DNA of 64,000 nucleotides from an uncultured delta proteobacterium (GTDB lineage Bacteria > Desulfobacterota > Syntrophobacteria > BM002), in NCBI GenBank assembly GCA_963712115.1, contig CAVQGX010000021.1, positions 61,465-125,464 on the forward strand, read 5' to 3'. Shown here one piece after another: positions 10,576-20,842 of the stretch; the first letter of the stretch is position 1; each line of letters starts with the position of its first letter. The position numbers were made by a program, and so were the translations under genes. A model generated the notes under the pieces. The model did no database searches and was not told the DNA's origin. It was given only the letters and a program-made list of their open reading frames with translations.

Positions 10576-10721
10576 ACCGCAGAGAACCCAAAGGGATATT
10601 TGAGATTTTAGATTTAAGATTGCAGATTGAGAAAATATGCTACTTGAAGATTTCGCAATCTACGATCTACAATCAACAATCTTAAATTGCATCTCTCTGC
10701 GTTCTCAGCGATCTCCGCGGT
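10576..10721. repeat. Nested inverted repeat: 9-bp-periodic outer arms, GATTTTA-type heptamer inner arms
   Basis: ACCGCAGAGAACCCAAAGGGA ... GATTTTA GATTTAA GATTGCA GATTG ... CAATCTA CGATCTA CAATCAA CAATCTT ... CTCTGCGTT CTCAGCGAT CTCCGCGGT. Confidence 0.8.
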
Positions 10722-10754
10722 GTAAGTTTTTGTTTTTGGTTAGAGCTTTGTTTG

Positions 10755-11990
10755 TTAGGGAGATATTTTGTTGCGGATGCGCTGGACTGCTTCTTCGGTT
10801 TTTTCCCTACTACCAAAAGCACTCAGGCGAAAATAACCCTCACCAGACGGCCCGAACCCTGAGCCTGGAGTTCCCACCACGTGGGCCTCGGCCAGCAAAA
10901 GATCGAAGAATTCCCACGAGCTCATACCGTTGGCAGTCTTCATCCAAATATAAGGTGCATTTCTACCGCCGTACACCGTAAAGCCAGCAGCACTGAGGGT
11001 CTTTCGAATTATCCGGGCGTTTTCCATATAATAATCAATGAGGTTTCGTACCTGAGCCTTACCTTCATCTGAGTACACAGCAGCGGCAGCGACCTGGACG
11101 GGATAGGATACGCCGTTGAATTTGGTTGTATGGCGACGGTTCCAGAGTTTGTTAAGACTTACTGCTTCGCCCGATGTGCTACTGGCCACTACACCCTTAG
11201 GCACTACAGTGTAAGCGCACCTGGTGCCGGTAAACCCAGCTGTTTTGGAGAAGCTTCTAAACTCGATGGCGCATTCTTTGGCGCCCTGTATCTCATATAT
11301 GGAATGGGGAATGTGCTTCTCGGTTATATAGGCCTCGTAGGCACCATCGAAGAGGATTACCGCCTGATTTTCTCGGGCATAGTCAACCCATGTTTGCAGT
11401 ACCTGCCTATCCGCCACCACCCCTGTGGGGTTATTGGGAAAGCATAGATAAATGATATCTACTTTACGGGTGGGCAACTCAGGCAAGAAGCCATTGGCCT
11501 CGGTGCATGGCATATAATAGAGCCCATGGTAACGTCCTTTATCATCAGCCTTCCCCGTTCTACCTGCCATAACGTTGGTGTCCACGTAAACCGGATATGC
11601 GGGATCAGCCACAGCGATAAGGTTATCCACCGCAAAGATTTCCTGAATGTTGCCACTATCACATTTGGAGCCATCGCTGACGAATATCTCATCAGATTCC
11701 AGGGTAACACCTCTGGCCTCATAGTCATTGGCTATGATGAGATCCAAGAGAAATTGATAGCCCTGCTCAGGGCCATAGCCTCTGAATGTCTCTGGACGGC
11801 CCATATCATCCGCTGCCTGGTGCAAGGACTTGATGACCGCGGGTGGCAGGGGTTGAGTGACGTCACCGATGCCTAATCGAATTATTTCAGCTTTCGGATT
11901 TGCCTTTGTAAATGCCTGAACTCGACGGGCTATTTCTGGGAAAAGGTAGCCAGCTTTTAACTTCAGGTAGTGTTCATTTACCAACGCCAT
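10755..11990 (-). CDS. dapL: LL-diaminopimelate aminotransferase
   Basis: [43 protein letters not shown] (PLP Lys); start reassigned to the ATG at 11990. Confidence 0.95.
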   Translation of the reverse strand: MALVNEHYLKLKAGYLFPEIARRVQAFTKANPKAEIIRLGIGDVTQPLPPAVIKSLHQAADDMGRPETFRGYGPEQGYQFLLDLIIANDYEARGVTLESDEIFVSDGSKCDSGNIQEIFAVDNLIAVADPAYPVYVDTNVMAGRTGKADDKGRYHGLYYMPCTEANGFLPELPTRKVDIIYLCFPNNPTGVVADRQVLQTWVDYARENQAVILFDGAYEAYITEKHIPHSIYEIQGAKECAIEFRSFSKTAGFTGTRCAYTVVPKGVVASSTSGEAVSLNKLWNRRHTTKFNGVSYPVQVAAAAVYSDEGKAQVRNLIDYYMENARIIRKTLSAAGFTVYGGRNAPYIWMKTANGMSSWEFFDLLLAEAHVVGTPGSGFGPSGEGYFRLSAFGSREKTEEAVQRIRNKISP

Positions 11991-12110
11991 ACCAGTATCC
12001 TCCCTACATTGATCTTGGTGTCGAAGGGTAATGATACAAAGTTTGACCCTATAAAGAAAGGACAAATAAGCATCTAGCTAACTCAGCCAAAAGACTTTCA
12101 CAGCTTTCTA

Positions 12111-12126
12111 TGTTTCACGTGAAACA
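12111..12126. promoter_or_regulatory. parS centromere site
   Basis: Perfect palindrome TGTTTCACGTGAAACA matches the bacterial parS consensus; about 280 bp upstream of parA. Confidence 0.92.
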
Positions 12127-12408
12127 CTTGGACAGTCATTGGCAGAAAATAGTCAGGGATTTCAAGCTGATCTTCACCAAATTAGACGATAATACATTGG
12201 TATTATTGCGCATTGTCAAATCAAGCTCTAAGCTGCTGTTGGGCTTCCATTTCACTTTAAAAATTGAAGTTGGTGTGCTATTGTGTGCCAGCAGTATTCA
12301 CCAGCGGGGAGCAGTTAGTTAAAGAATCGGGTAGAGTGCTTTCCAAATCAACTGGTCATGGCTACTACCTCTGAGCCAATTAAATTAATCTGAGATCAGG
12401 TAAGAGTT

Positions 12409-13188
12409 ATGGGCAAAATCATTGCCATCGCCAATCAAAAGGGAGGAGTGGGAAAAACCACTACTTCTGTGAATTTGGCCTCGTCGCTGGCCGTGGCTGA
12501 GAGGCGCACTCTTCTGGTTGACTGTGATCCTCAAGGGAATGCTACTAGCGGCTTAGGTATCCAGCGAGATCAGATTGAGAAAGACCTCTATCAGTTGCTC
12601 ATTAATGAGACTCAGCCAGCAGAGACCTTGACTAATACAGCCTTGAAATACTTGCAGATCATCCCTGCAACTCGAGAACTCATAGGTGCTGAGATTGAAC
12701 TTCAGGTTTTGCAGGCAAGAGAGAAGACGCTGCTGCGTTCCCTCAGTAGCTTGGTCTCTCAGTATGACTACATCATCATGGATTGCCCGCCATCGCTCGG
12801 CTTGTTGACGGTCAATGCCCTTACGGCTGCCAAGACGGTGATAATTCCCTTGCAGTGTGAGTACTATGCGATGGAGGGACTGAGCCAACTGCTCAGAACC
12901 ATCCAGTTGGTAAAAAGAACTCTAAACCCTGGCCTGGGAGTTGAGGGTATCTTGCTTACCATGTTCGACAGCCGTAACAATCTCTGCCATCAGGTGGCAA
13001 GCGAAGTCAGAACTCACTTCAAGGGGAGGGTGTTCAAAACGGTGGTACCCCGGAATGTTCGCTTAAGTGAGAGTCCTAGTCACGGCAAGCCTGCCTTACT
13101 ATACGACGTGAATTCCACAGGGGCGAGAGCATATTTGGAACTTGCCAAAGAAGTAATCAGGCGCGAAACAAGTAACAACAATAGCTAA
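12409..13188 (+). CDS. parA: Chromosome partitioning ATPase ParA/Soj
   Basis: NQKGGVGKTTT, DCDPQGNATSGLG, DCPPSLG, PRNVRLSESPSHG. Confidence 0.95.
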   Translation: MGKIIAIANQKGGVGKTTTSVNLASSLAVAERRTLLVDCDPQGNATSGLGIQRDQIEKDLYQLLINETQPAETLTNTALKYLQIIPATRELIGAEIELQVLQAREKTLLRSLSSLVSQYDYIIMDCPPSLGLLTVNALTAAKTVIIPLQCEYYAMEGLSQLLRTIQLVKRTLNPGLGVEGILLTMFDSRNNLCHQVASEVRTHFKGRVFKTVVPRNVRLSESPSHGKPALLYDVNSTGARAYLELAKEVIRRETSNNNS

Positions 13189-13346
13189 TCAAGCTCTCGG
13201 TCTCAACTAGCACAAAGGCTAAACAGGGTCAGCTATAGAGATAAAGACTGGACAACCGACCAGGGTGGCGAATAAGAGCTCAAAATTTTGAGTTTATCGC
13301 TAGGGGAAGATCACCGATAACACCTAGAAGATAGGCATGTGAGTTT

Positions 13347-14225
13347 ATGGAGAGCAACATTAAGAAAAAGGGATTAGGTAAAGGTTTGGGGGCGCTAATT
13401 CCCGACGCCGATCTCCTGGCACGAACCAGTGACAAGTTCTTTTTTTGCGGCATTGAGGAAATCACCCCCAATCCATACCAGCCTAGGCAAAACGTGCGCG
13501 ACAAAGCCTTTGAAGAACTGGTTGAGTCCATACGGGAAAGGGGCATACTCCAGCCTCTTCTGGTGCGGAGCAAGGACGAAGGGTACCAGCTAATTGCCGG
13601 AGAAAGGCGGTGGCGGGCGGCACAACTCGCCGGTCTGCAGAGAGTACCCGTAATTGTCAAAGAAAGCGCTGAGCCCGAGTCCTTCGAGCTTGCCCTGATT
13701 GAGAACATCCAGAGGAAGGACCTAAATCCCATTGAAGAAGGAGAGGCCTACAATAGGCTTCAACAGGAATTTAATCTGAGTCAGGAGAATATTGCCAAGA
13801 AGATTGGCAAAGACCGCTCCACCGTGACCAATATGATTCGTCTTCTCAAGTTGCCGGAGAAGATTCGCGTCGACCTGGTAGATGGTCTTTTGAGCATGGG
13901 GCACGCTCGGGCACTTCTGGCCTTGTCTAGTTCAGGTCTCCAGTTGCAGGCACGGGATGCAATTCTAAAAAGAGGCCTTTCAGTGCGAGAGACAGAGAAG
14001 CTGGTCCGAGATCTGCAGGCTAGAAAGAAGAAGTCAAAAGCTGTTCCGCAGCTGGATAGCCATATGCGGGCAATTCTTGATCGACTAATTCGTTACTTCG
14101 GTACCAAGGTAAGCATCACTCGCCGCGGCAAAAGAGGTATAATAGAGATCGATTTTTATTCTGACGATGACCTCCAACGCATTCTGGATTTATTTTGGCG
14201 AGGCTCTTCAACTTCAAAGGGTTAG
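13347..14225 (+). CDS. parB: Chromosome partitioning protein ParB/Spo0J
   Basis: GLGKGLGALI, PNPYQPR, IAGERRWRAA, ENIQRKDLNPIEE, HTH GKDRSTVTN. Confidence 0.95.
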   Translation: MESNIKKKGLGKGLGALIPDADLLARTSDKFFFCGIEEITPNPYQPRQNVRDKAFEELVESIRERGILQPLLVRSKDEGYQLIAGERRWRAAQLAGLQRVPVIVKESAEPESFELALIENIQRKDLNPIEEGEAYNRLQQEFNLSQENIAKKIGKDRSTVTNMIRLLKLPEKIRVDLVDGLLSMGHARALLALSSSGLQLQARDAILKRGLSVRETEKLVRDLQARKKKSKAVPQLDSHMRAILDRLIRYFGTKVSITRRGKRGIIEIDFYSDDDLQRILDLFWRGSSTSKG

Positions 14226-14370
14226 TTTGTCTGAATCTATCCTTTCCAAGCCAAGACAACATTAGGCCAGAATTTCCTATAAGATTTGGCTTGCCACATA
14301 TCCGCTCCTTTAGTCCGTCCAAGAGCAGTATTGTCATAAGAAGAGATTCCGCAAAAAAAGCGAAGACTTT

Positions 14371-14453
14371 TGAGATGTTGGATATGAGATATGGGATGTG
14401 AGATGCTAAGCAAGAATCTCTATTGAACATCTCACATCTTACATCCCATATCT
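14371..14453. repeat. 7-bp-periodic inverted repeat (GAGATGT/ACATCTC family)
   Basis: GAGATGT TGGATAT GAGATAT GGGATGT GAGATGC, spacer, ACATCTC ACATCTT ACATCCC ATATCT. Confidence 0.85.
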
Positions 14454-14538
14454 GCTTTATACTTATCTTCTGCTAAAAGTTGTGCACCTGCAATTTTGCC
14501 TTAGAAGATTCGAGTATAGTCTGGCTAGAAGAGGTATA

Positions 14539-15072
14539 ATGATGGCTATGCATGTGCTCATTGATGGATACAATTTAATTCGCCGGTCCGCGACGCTAAG
14601 AGCTGAGGAGGAATTGTCCCTTGAACACGGAAGGAAGGCATTAGTTGAGAAGTTGCGACAATACAAACGGATCAAAAGGCACCGAATTACCATTGTTTTC
14701 GACGGTGCTGACAAGGTGACTCTAGCTGAAGAAAAGACACAGCAAAAGGGCATCAAAATCATTTACTCCGGACAAGGCAGAACTGCAGACTCGGTAATTA
14801 GAAGGATCTGCCGGGATCAAGGCGAAAATGTTGTTGTAGTGACCTCAGATGGAGAGTTAGGAAGCTATGCTGAATCGTGTGGATCTGTGGTCATGGTTGC
14901 AGAAGAATTTGAGGCAAAAGTAGAAATGTCATCCTATGCTAATTTAAAGGGGTTGGAGGGCGAGGATGAAGGGGAAGGCTGGAGCCCTGCTAAAGGTACA
15001 GGCAAGAGGGGACCGGCCAGAAGACCATCCAAGAAGGAGAGAAAAAGACGCCAAAAAAGGAAAAAGTTATAA
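14539..15072 (+). CDS. NYN domain (YacP/Rae1-like) ribonuclease
   Basis: LIDGYNLI, IVFDG, TADSVI, VVTSD motifs; basic C-terminal tail. Confidence 0.85.
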   Translation: MMAMHVLIDGYNLIRRSATLRAEEELSLEHGRKALVEKLRQYKRIKRHRITIVFDGADKVTLAEEKTQQKGIKIIYSGQGRTADSVIRRICRDQGENVVVVTSDGELGSYAESCGSVVMVAEEFEAKVEMSSYANLKGLEGEDEGEGWSPAKGTGKRGPARRPSKKERKRRQKRKKL

Positions 15073-15160
15073 AGATTGCAGATTTGAGATTTAAGATTGT
15101 AGATTTTAAAACTGTATATGACTTGAAATCATAACTCTACAATCTACAATCTTAAATCTT
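15072..15160. repeat. 7-bp-periodic inverted repeat (GATTTTA/CAATCTA family)
   Basis: GATTGCA GATTTGA GATTTAA GATTGTA GATTTTA ... AACTCTA CAATCTA CAATCTT AAATCTT. Confidence 0.85.
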
Positions 15161-15250
15161 CATTACTCCACTACTCCAGATATAAACCGTTGAAGGGAAG
15201 GGGGCTTTACTCAAACACGGAACTATCGCAATGACTAGGGAGTTAGACAT

Positions 15251-15673
15251 ATGTACAAATCCATTCTGGTACCCCTTGATGGGTCCAAGCTGGCGGAAGC
15301 GATCCTTCCTGAAATAGAGAAAGTAGCATCCTGCATGCAGGCAAGGATCATACTGCTGCGGGTGTGCCGTGCTCATGTGTTTCCAGGAAAGGACCCCACT
15401 GAAGCAGAAGTCGAGGTAGTTAGGAATGCCGAAAAGTATTTGGTAACCATTGCTGCCGATCTAAATGCCAAGGGTTTTGACGCCGAGCTGCACGTGCGTT
15501 ACGGCGATGTGGCCGAAGAGATCCTAAGCCACAGCAAGCGCAATGAGATTGATCTGATCTCCATGTCTACCCACGGGAGAAGTGGTCTCGGTCGCTGGCT
15601 GCTAGGAAGTGTTGCAGAGAAAATCGTGCGTCACTGTGAAAAGCCAGTTTTACTTCTCAGACCGAAAGAGTAG
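15251..15673 (+). CDS. Universal stress protein (UspA family)
   Basis: MYKSILVPLDGS, MSTHGRSGLGRWLLGSVAEKIVR. Confidence 0.92.
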   Translation: MYKSILVPLDGSKLAEAILPEIEKVASCMQARIILLRVCRAHVFPGKDPTEAEVEVVRNAEKYLVTIAADLNAKGFDAELHVRYGDVAEEILSHSKRNEIDLISMSTHGRSGLGRWLLGSVAEKIVRHCEKPVLLLRPKE

Positions 15674-15771
15674 CGAATCAGCGGAAACTGCTTTGCGGAG
15701 TAATGGCTTATTAGAGAATAGCAATCATTCTCTTGAAATTTGCGCCAAGCAGACAGCTGGCAGCCGTTTCA

Positions 15772-15908
15772 ACTAGGCATTAGGCACTAAGCACTAGGCA
15801 CCAAACAGAAGTAGTCAGTAGCAAGTAGTTGAGAGGAACTCAATTTTGATTGCTTTTCTCCTGAATTCTGGATTCTGACTCCTGGCTCCTTTATCTATGC
15901 TCTATGCG
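15772..15908. repeat. Cluster of heptamer half-arms (ACTAGGC; GAATTCT/GACTCCT; CTATGCT)
   Basis: ACTAGGC ATTAGGC ACTAAGC ACTAGGC; CCTGAATTCTGGATTCTGACTCCTGGCTCCT, similar to 19377-19404; ACTAGGC type also at 23273-23306. Confidence 0.7.
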
Positions 15909-15924
15909 GCGGGCTAAAGCCCGC

Positions 15925-16527
15925 CTATATCCTCCGCTCTTTTCCTTGCAGCAGAGCACGTATGTTGCTGCGATGCCGGATTACAACGAAGAGGGCAAAT
16001 ACAGAGGTAAGGCCCACATATACAAAATTATAACCTGTAAGTGCGGCCCAGGCTGGCAAGGTTAAAAGGGCGGTAAGAGAACCTAGAGATACGTATCGCC
16101 AAATCCAGGTGACAACAAGAAAAATGACAAATGAAGCAAGTGCTGCCTTGGGAATGAGAACGAGTGAGATGCCAAAGGCAATAGCCACTCCCTTGCCGCC
16201 ACGGAAGTGGAGAAAAACTGAGGAAAGGTGACCAAAAAAGGCGGCCAGGGCCACCAATGCAACAATAAGTAGATTTCTCTCCGTGCCAGCAGACCAGATG
16301 CTCAGTGCCACAACAACCGGTAGCGCTCCTTTGGCCATATCCATAACAAGAACCAAAAGGCCCCAACTCAATCCAAGGCTACGGGCAACATTTGTGGCGC
16401 CGATGTTCTTGCTCCCAACGGTGCGCACATCAATATTGGCCACCCAACGACAGATCAAATAACCGTTGGGCAGTGAACCCAAGAGGTAAGCGGTCAAAAG
16501 GAAGGTGGCTATGCCTAGCAGTGCCAT
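15925..16527 (-). CDS. plsY: Glycerol-3-phosphate acyltransferase PlsY
   Basis: AYLLGSLP, GSKNIGATNVAR, DMAKG, GH, FRGGKGVA, RHRSNI. Confidence 0.93.
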   Translation of the reverse strand: MALLGIATFLLTAYLLGSLPNGYLICRWVANIDVRTVGSKNIGATNVARSLGLSWGLLVLVMDMAKGALPVVVALSIWSAGTERNLLIVALVALAAFFGHLSSVFLHFRGGKGVAIAFGISLVLIPKAALASFVIFLVVTWIWRYVSLGSLTALLTLPAWAALTGYNFVYVGLTSVFALFVVIRHRSNIRALLQGKERRI

Positions 16528-16643
16528 ACGTTCTTCTCTAGAGGTAAGATCCGTTCAAGATTACAGGTGGTCGCTACCGTATGACAAGCAATTTTTATTG
16601 GATCATGATCATTAAGCAGGGAAGGAACACCTAGATTACATTT

Positions 16644-16725
16644 CAGATTGAAGATTTTAGATTTTAGATTCGACCAAGTCGAGATTACAACAATCTACAA
16701 TCTTCAATCTGCAATCTAAAATCTT
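16644..16725. repeat. 7-bp-periodic inverted repeat (GATTTTA/CAATCTA family)
   Basis: CAGATTG AAGATTT TAGATTT TAGATTC ... CAATCTA CAATCTT CAATCTG CAATCTA AAATCTT. Confidence 0.85.
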
Positions 16726-16856
16726 AGAGACGCTGGAACGCCTATTTTTTCTTGCTCTGTTTTATAGCAATGTAGTATATCGAGGTTGTTAGCGCTGATC
16801 CTACGAATTTGCAGCAAGAGAGAAAGAATACCGCCCGTCGAGTAAGAGTTGATCAT

Positions 16857-17291
16857 ATGAAGGTTTGCGTCATAGATGGTATGGGTGGAGGCATCGGCAA
16901 CGCCCTTATCAAAAAGATCAAGGCAGCATTTCAGGAACAAGTTGAGATCATTGCTCTGGGCACCAACGCCATTGCCACAGCACAGATGATGAAGGCCGGT
17001 GCCAACAAAGGTGCCAGTGGGGAAAATGCAGTTATTGTGACCGTGCGCAAGGTTGACGTTATTATAGGCTCCATATCAATATTGCTTGCTGATTCGATGA
17101 TGGGGGAAATGACCGCCGGGATGGCCGCAGCTGTGGCAAGCAGTCCAGCGCTCAAATTTATTTTGCCACTTACCCAGGAAGCAGTGGAAGTAATAGGGGT
17201 GTCTGCTGAGCCCTTGCCCCACCTGGTGGATCACCTGGTGGAAAAGAGACTGCGCCCGCTGGTAGAAAGCAACCTGTATGGCCAGAAGTGA
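16857..17291 (+). CDS. DUF3842 family protein
   Basis: MKVCVIDGMGGGIG, ALGTNAIATAQMMKAGA, GASGENA. Confidence 0.85.
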   Translation: MKVCVIDGMGGGIGNALIKKIKAAFQEQVEIIALGTNAIATAQMMKAGANKGASGENAVIVTVRKVDVIIGSISILLADSMMGEMTAGMAAAVASSPALKFILPLTQEAVEVIGVSAEPLPHLVDHLVEKRLRPLVESNLYGQK

Positions 17292-17378
17292 GGTCTACCT
17301 TCGAAGAGCTTTCCCAGTGCCTTCCCGCTGGAAGCTCTAATTCATATTCCCCTCTTTCGACCTTTTGCACTCACAAAG

Positions 17379-17394
17379 TGTTTCACGTGGAACA
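17379..17394. promoter_or_regulatory. Second parS site
   Basis: TGTTTCACGTGGAACA, one mismatch from the perfect palindrome; 4 bp before the likely birA ATG. Confidence 0.85.
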
Positions 17395-17398
17395 TTCC

Positions 17399-18205
17399 AT
17401 GGAAGCCAGCAGTTCCCTCCTCTCAGAACAGATTAGAGATGGCCTTACCACTAAATGGCTGGGAAGGACCATTCATTTCTACGATGCAGTGGAGTCAACT
17501 AATTTGATTGCAATAGACCTGGCGCAACAGGGTGCGCCCGAAGGTACTGTTGTCCTGGCGGATCAGCAGCTCAGCGGGCGTGGTCGTGGTAGCCGATCCT
17601 GGCACTCACCTGCAGGAGTCGGAATTTATTGTTCGATTGTCTTGCGGCCCAAAATGGCGGTTGCAAAAGCACAGCTCATAAACCTCATGGCAGGTGTGTC
17701 CATAGTCAAAGCTATAGCCCTGCGGACTGGACTTTCGCCTCGATTAAAGTGGCCCAATGACATTCTGATCAATGACAAGAAGGTGGCGGGGATTCTTTTG
17801 GAAAGCAAGGTTAGTGGAGTACAAATAGGGTACTCAGTGATAGGATTCGGTATCAATGTCAACAATAGTTCAGCAGATATTCCTGAAGATATTAGGGTAA
17901 GCGCCAGTTCTCTATTAATGGAGCAAAAAAAACCAGTGGATCGCAGTACATTGGTTATGGCGATTTTTTCGGAACTTGAAAGACTCTATCATAGGTTTCA
18001 GCGTGAGGATTTTCCGGTGATCCTCAAACAATGGCGTCACTACTCATCCACCCTGGGGCAACGGGTACGTATATGGCAAGAAGATAAAGCCACAGATGGA
18101 ATTGCTGTTGACCTTACTGAAGACGGCGGTCTTCTTGTGAAGGTAGAAGGAGGGAAACAAATAGTTATTCACGCCGGAGATGTAGAACACCTGAGGATTT
18201 TATAA
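17399..18205 (+). CDS. birA: Biotin-[acetyl-CoA-carboxylase] ligase (no clear N-terminal HTH)
   Basis: STN, QLSGRGRGSRSW, KWPNDIL, KKVAGILLE, GFGINVN. Confidence 0.92.
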   Translation: MEASSSLLSEQIRDGLTTKWLGRTIHFYDAVESTNLIAIDLAQQGAPEGTVVLADQQLSGRGRGSRSWHSPAGVGIYCSIVLRPKMAVAKAQLINLMAGVSIVKAIALRTGLSPRLKWPNDILINDKKVAGILLESKVSGVQIGYSVIGFGINVNNSSADIPEDIRVSASSLLMEQKKPVDRSTLVMAIFSELERLYHRFQREDFPVILKQWRHYSSTLGQRVRIWQEDKATDGIAVDLTEDGGLLVKVEGGKQIVIHAGDVEHLRIL

Positions 18206-18311
18206 GAAGTCAGCTAAGGGTGAAACTGATCGGCTAGCTAGGAGCTTTGAGACGCCTGAGGGGTGGGCAGGTTGGAGGTGGTGCTAGGTGGGCAAATATA
18301 CCATCTGGGAT

Positions 18312-18680
18312 TTACTGACCACGGGCCTTCTCCATAGCCTCTTGCTTTTTCTTACACGAGATACAGAGTGTTGTAACCGGCCGAGCCTTTAGTCTTTCCT
18401 CCCCGATATCGTCGCCGCAAGCCTCACAGATTCCGAATTCTCCCGAATCAATTCGTTCCAAGGCGCTTCTAATCTTTGAAAGGAGTTTGCGCTCACGATC
18501 CCGAATTCGAAGCATAAAGTTGCGGTCCGACTCTAGAGAAGCCCGATCAGTAGGATCCGGAAAAGTCTCGTTTGCCGTGGTCATACCGGAGACGGTCTTT
18601 TCCGCTTCCGCTAGTATTTCTTCAAACCTTTCTTTCAAGATCTCGCGGAAATACTCAATTCTCTCCTTATCCATTATCAA
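18312..18680 (-). CDS. dksA: RNA polymerase-binding factor DksA
   Basis: PDPTDRAS coiled-coil tip; CEAC...RLKARPVTTLCISCK zinc finger. Confidence 0.95.
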   Translation of the reverse strand: MIMDKERIEYFREILKERFEEILAEAEKTVSGMTTANETFPDPTDRASLESDRNFMLRIRDRERKLLSKIRSALERIDSGEFGICEACGDDIGEERLKARPVTTLCISCKKKQEAMEKARGQ

Positions 18681-18750
18681 ACTCTCCTATGCCCGATACA
18701 GAAGAAAAATTTCTTAACATAGGATTCCACATATGTAAAGGATAAAATAC

Positions 18751-19242
18751 CTATGTGGTTGAAAAGTTTGGATCTCGGTAGAGGCCGCTTTTGCCACCGC
18801 TTTTCTCTAGCAGACGTATGTCATCGATGGTCATACCCCGGTCATAAGATTTACACATGTCATAGATTGTTAACGCCGCAGTCGTAACCGCGACCAAAGC
18901 CTCCATCTCAACACCAGTTCGATCCCTGGCGTTAACCTTAGCGAGGATGACAATCTCAGCCTTATCAGTGTCCGGAGTGAAATCTATTGTCACGCTGGTC
19001 AACCTCAGGGGATGGCAGAGAGGGATAAGCTCACTAGTTCGTTTTGCCGCCATAATTCCGCTCAATCTGGCGACTCCGAGAACATCACCTTTTTTTACAC
19101 CTCCCGCGACAATGAGCTGTAGGGTTTCCGGTTGCATACGAATCCTTCCCCTGGCAACCGCCCTGCGATCAGTAGAGGGTTTCTCTCCTACATCCACCAT
19201 TCGTGCCTGACCAGATTCATCAAAATGAGTGAACTGTGACAT
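18751..19242 (-). CDS. moaC: Cyclic pyranopterin monophosphate synthase
   Basis: [48 protein letters not shown]. Confidence 0.96.
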   Translation of the reverse strand: MSQFTHFDESGQARMVDVGEKPSTDRRAVARGRIRMQPETLQLIVAGGVKKGDVLGVARLSGIMAAKRTSELIPLCHPLRLTSVTIDFTPDTDKAEIVILAKVNARDRTGVEMEALVAVTTAALTIYDMCKSYDRGMTIDDIRLLEKSGGKSGLYRDPNFSTT

Positions 19243-19260
19243 GGTTATCCCCTTTATCGC

Positions 19261-19404
19261 AAAGCGCATAGAGCAGAGCGCATAGCGTTTGGCAAAGGGT
19301 AAGCAGTGAGCGGTAAACGGTTAAGGAAACGCGAAAATAACGTTTACCGACTACCATTTACTTTTGACCATCTACTGAATTCTGACTTCTAACTCCTGGC
19401 TCCT
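19261..19404. repeat. Compound heptamer array (GCATAGA; AAGCAGT/TTTACCG; GAATTCT families)
   Basis: AAAGCGC ATAGAGC AGAGCGC ATAGCG; AAGCAGT GAGCGGT AAACGGT ... GTTTACC GACTACC ATTTACT; GAATTCT GACTTCT AACTCCT GGCTCCT. Confidence 0.75.
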
Positions 19405-19427
19405 CAGGTCTTACGCTATACCGTGTT

Positions 19428-20195
19428 TCATTTTACCTGAATAAGCACATAGAGATCGCCTGGTTGACCATTTTCACCACTGTCACCTTGACCCGAGATC
19501 TTCAAGCGACTGTTATTCTCCACTCCGGCGGGGATATCCACCAATAAATCCTTTGTGATCTCCAGTCTCCCTTGCCCCTTGCAAGAAAGGCAGGGGAGCA
19601 TACGGACCTTTCCTTTACCCTTGCACTTGGGACATGTGCCAATCGCTGAGAAGATACCGGACGATTCAGTGCACCTGCCACTGCCCTTACACCAAGGACA
19701 GGTCTGCAAATCGGAAGTCGAAATTGCACCATTCCCCCGACAAGCACCACAAGTTTCCATGGTATTGACTCGGATTTGCTTCATACCACCTTTGGCGGCC
19801 TCCTCTGAGGATACCTCTAGTTGGTAGCTGAGATCAGCGCCTCTAGACGGATGTGCTTGAGGGCGGAGTCCAGACATACCGAGAAAATCGAAAAATTCAG
19901 TAGCAAAGGTTCGCAGTACGTCCTCTGTACGCTCGAAGCCTTGGTAACCTTGCTCTCTCAGCCCGTCATAGCCTTTTTGGTCGTACAGACGCCGCTTCTT
20001 TCCATTACTTAAGACATGGTAGGCTTCCGCTACGAGCTTGAAATGCTCCTCGGAGATCAGATCTCCAGGATTGCGGTCGGGATGGTATTGGAGAGCAAGT
20101 TGCCGAAATCGCTTCTTGATCCTTTTTAGAGAGGCTCCCTTTCTTAGCCCAAGGATTTCGTAATAGTTCCGACTGCTCACAATACTAACACCCAT
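19428..20195 (-). CDS. Short DnaJ-like protein (J domain, four CxxCxGxG repeats, CTD-I; no CTD-II)
   Basis: NYYEILG, YHPDRNPG, four CxxCxGxG motifs; ends at PGDLYVLIQVK. Confidence 0.85.
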   Translation of the reverse strand: MGVSIVSSRNYYEILGLRKGASLKRIKKRFRQLALQYHPDRNPGDLISEEHFKLVAEAYHVLSNGKKRRLYDQKGYDGLREQGYQGFERTEDVLRTFATEFFDFLGMSGLRPQAHPSRGADLSYQLEVSSEEAAKGGMKQIRVNTMETCGACRGNGAISTSDLQTCPWCKGSGRCTESSGIFSAIGTCPKCKGKGKVRMLPCLSCKGQGRLEITKDLLVDIPAGVENNSRLKISGQGDSGENGQPGDLYVLIQVK

Positions 20196-20395
20196 TGGTG
20201 CAATATACAGCTAGTCACGTGCTACCTCTTCCAAGGGGTAATCCCAAGGGAAAGTTTTTTCATTGGAAGAAAAATAATGATACTGTTTTATCAACCTGAA
20301 TACAATTGGAGAATCCGCCAGGAGTTTCTCCAGAAATGAGTGGATAATTCTTCTTGTGTTCAAGAGCCAGTTTATATCGGTGTGCAAATGAAAGT

Positions 20396-20582
20396 GCCTT
20401 TGCCGATGTCTCTTCTGTCGTTCCAGGGGCTCCCCCACCCACAGCCGGGGAAGTGGCACAGACCTTCCGCAGTCACTCAGAAGAAACATCAGCAAAGGCC
20501 AAAAGGGGAAGCTGCGAAACAACCATGAAGATGTGGTGCTTCCTGAAGAGGAACTCTGCCAATAAATGAAGCGAAAATGCAT
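20396..20582. mobile_element. MITE/REP-like element family M3, copy 2
   Basis: IR GCCTTTGCCGATGTCTCTTCTG / CAGAAGAAACATCAGCAAAGGC; core CCAGGGGCTCCCCCACCC shared with about 7690-7750; tail matches the reverse complement of 48287-48420. Confidence 0.7.
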
Positions 20583-20842
20583 CAGCGAGCACCAACCCAG
20601 TCCCGCCTTGGCGGGACTGGGGACTGCGAGCGAACTACAATAAGATCCGACATATTCCTTACATTTCGAATCCTGCTTTAGCGGGATTCAATTGATCGTT
20701 GTGGAGTAGCTTTCCCGTGGCCTATCTCACAAAAATATTTTTGGGTAAACTCCTGGAGAATCCTCAGACAGCCTTCCCACCTCTTCTGGTAAAAGGGGGA
20801 AAGGCGCGGGCCCTGATCTTAGTTCGATATGGGAGGGATGCT

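Noticed and set aside
12000-12408. oriC in the dapL-parA gap
   Set aside because: No cluster of TTATCCACA DnaA boxes is visible and dnaA is not in the window; only parS is supported.
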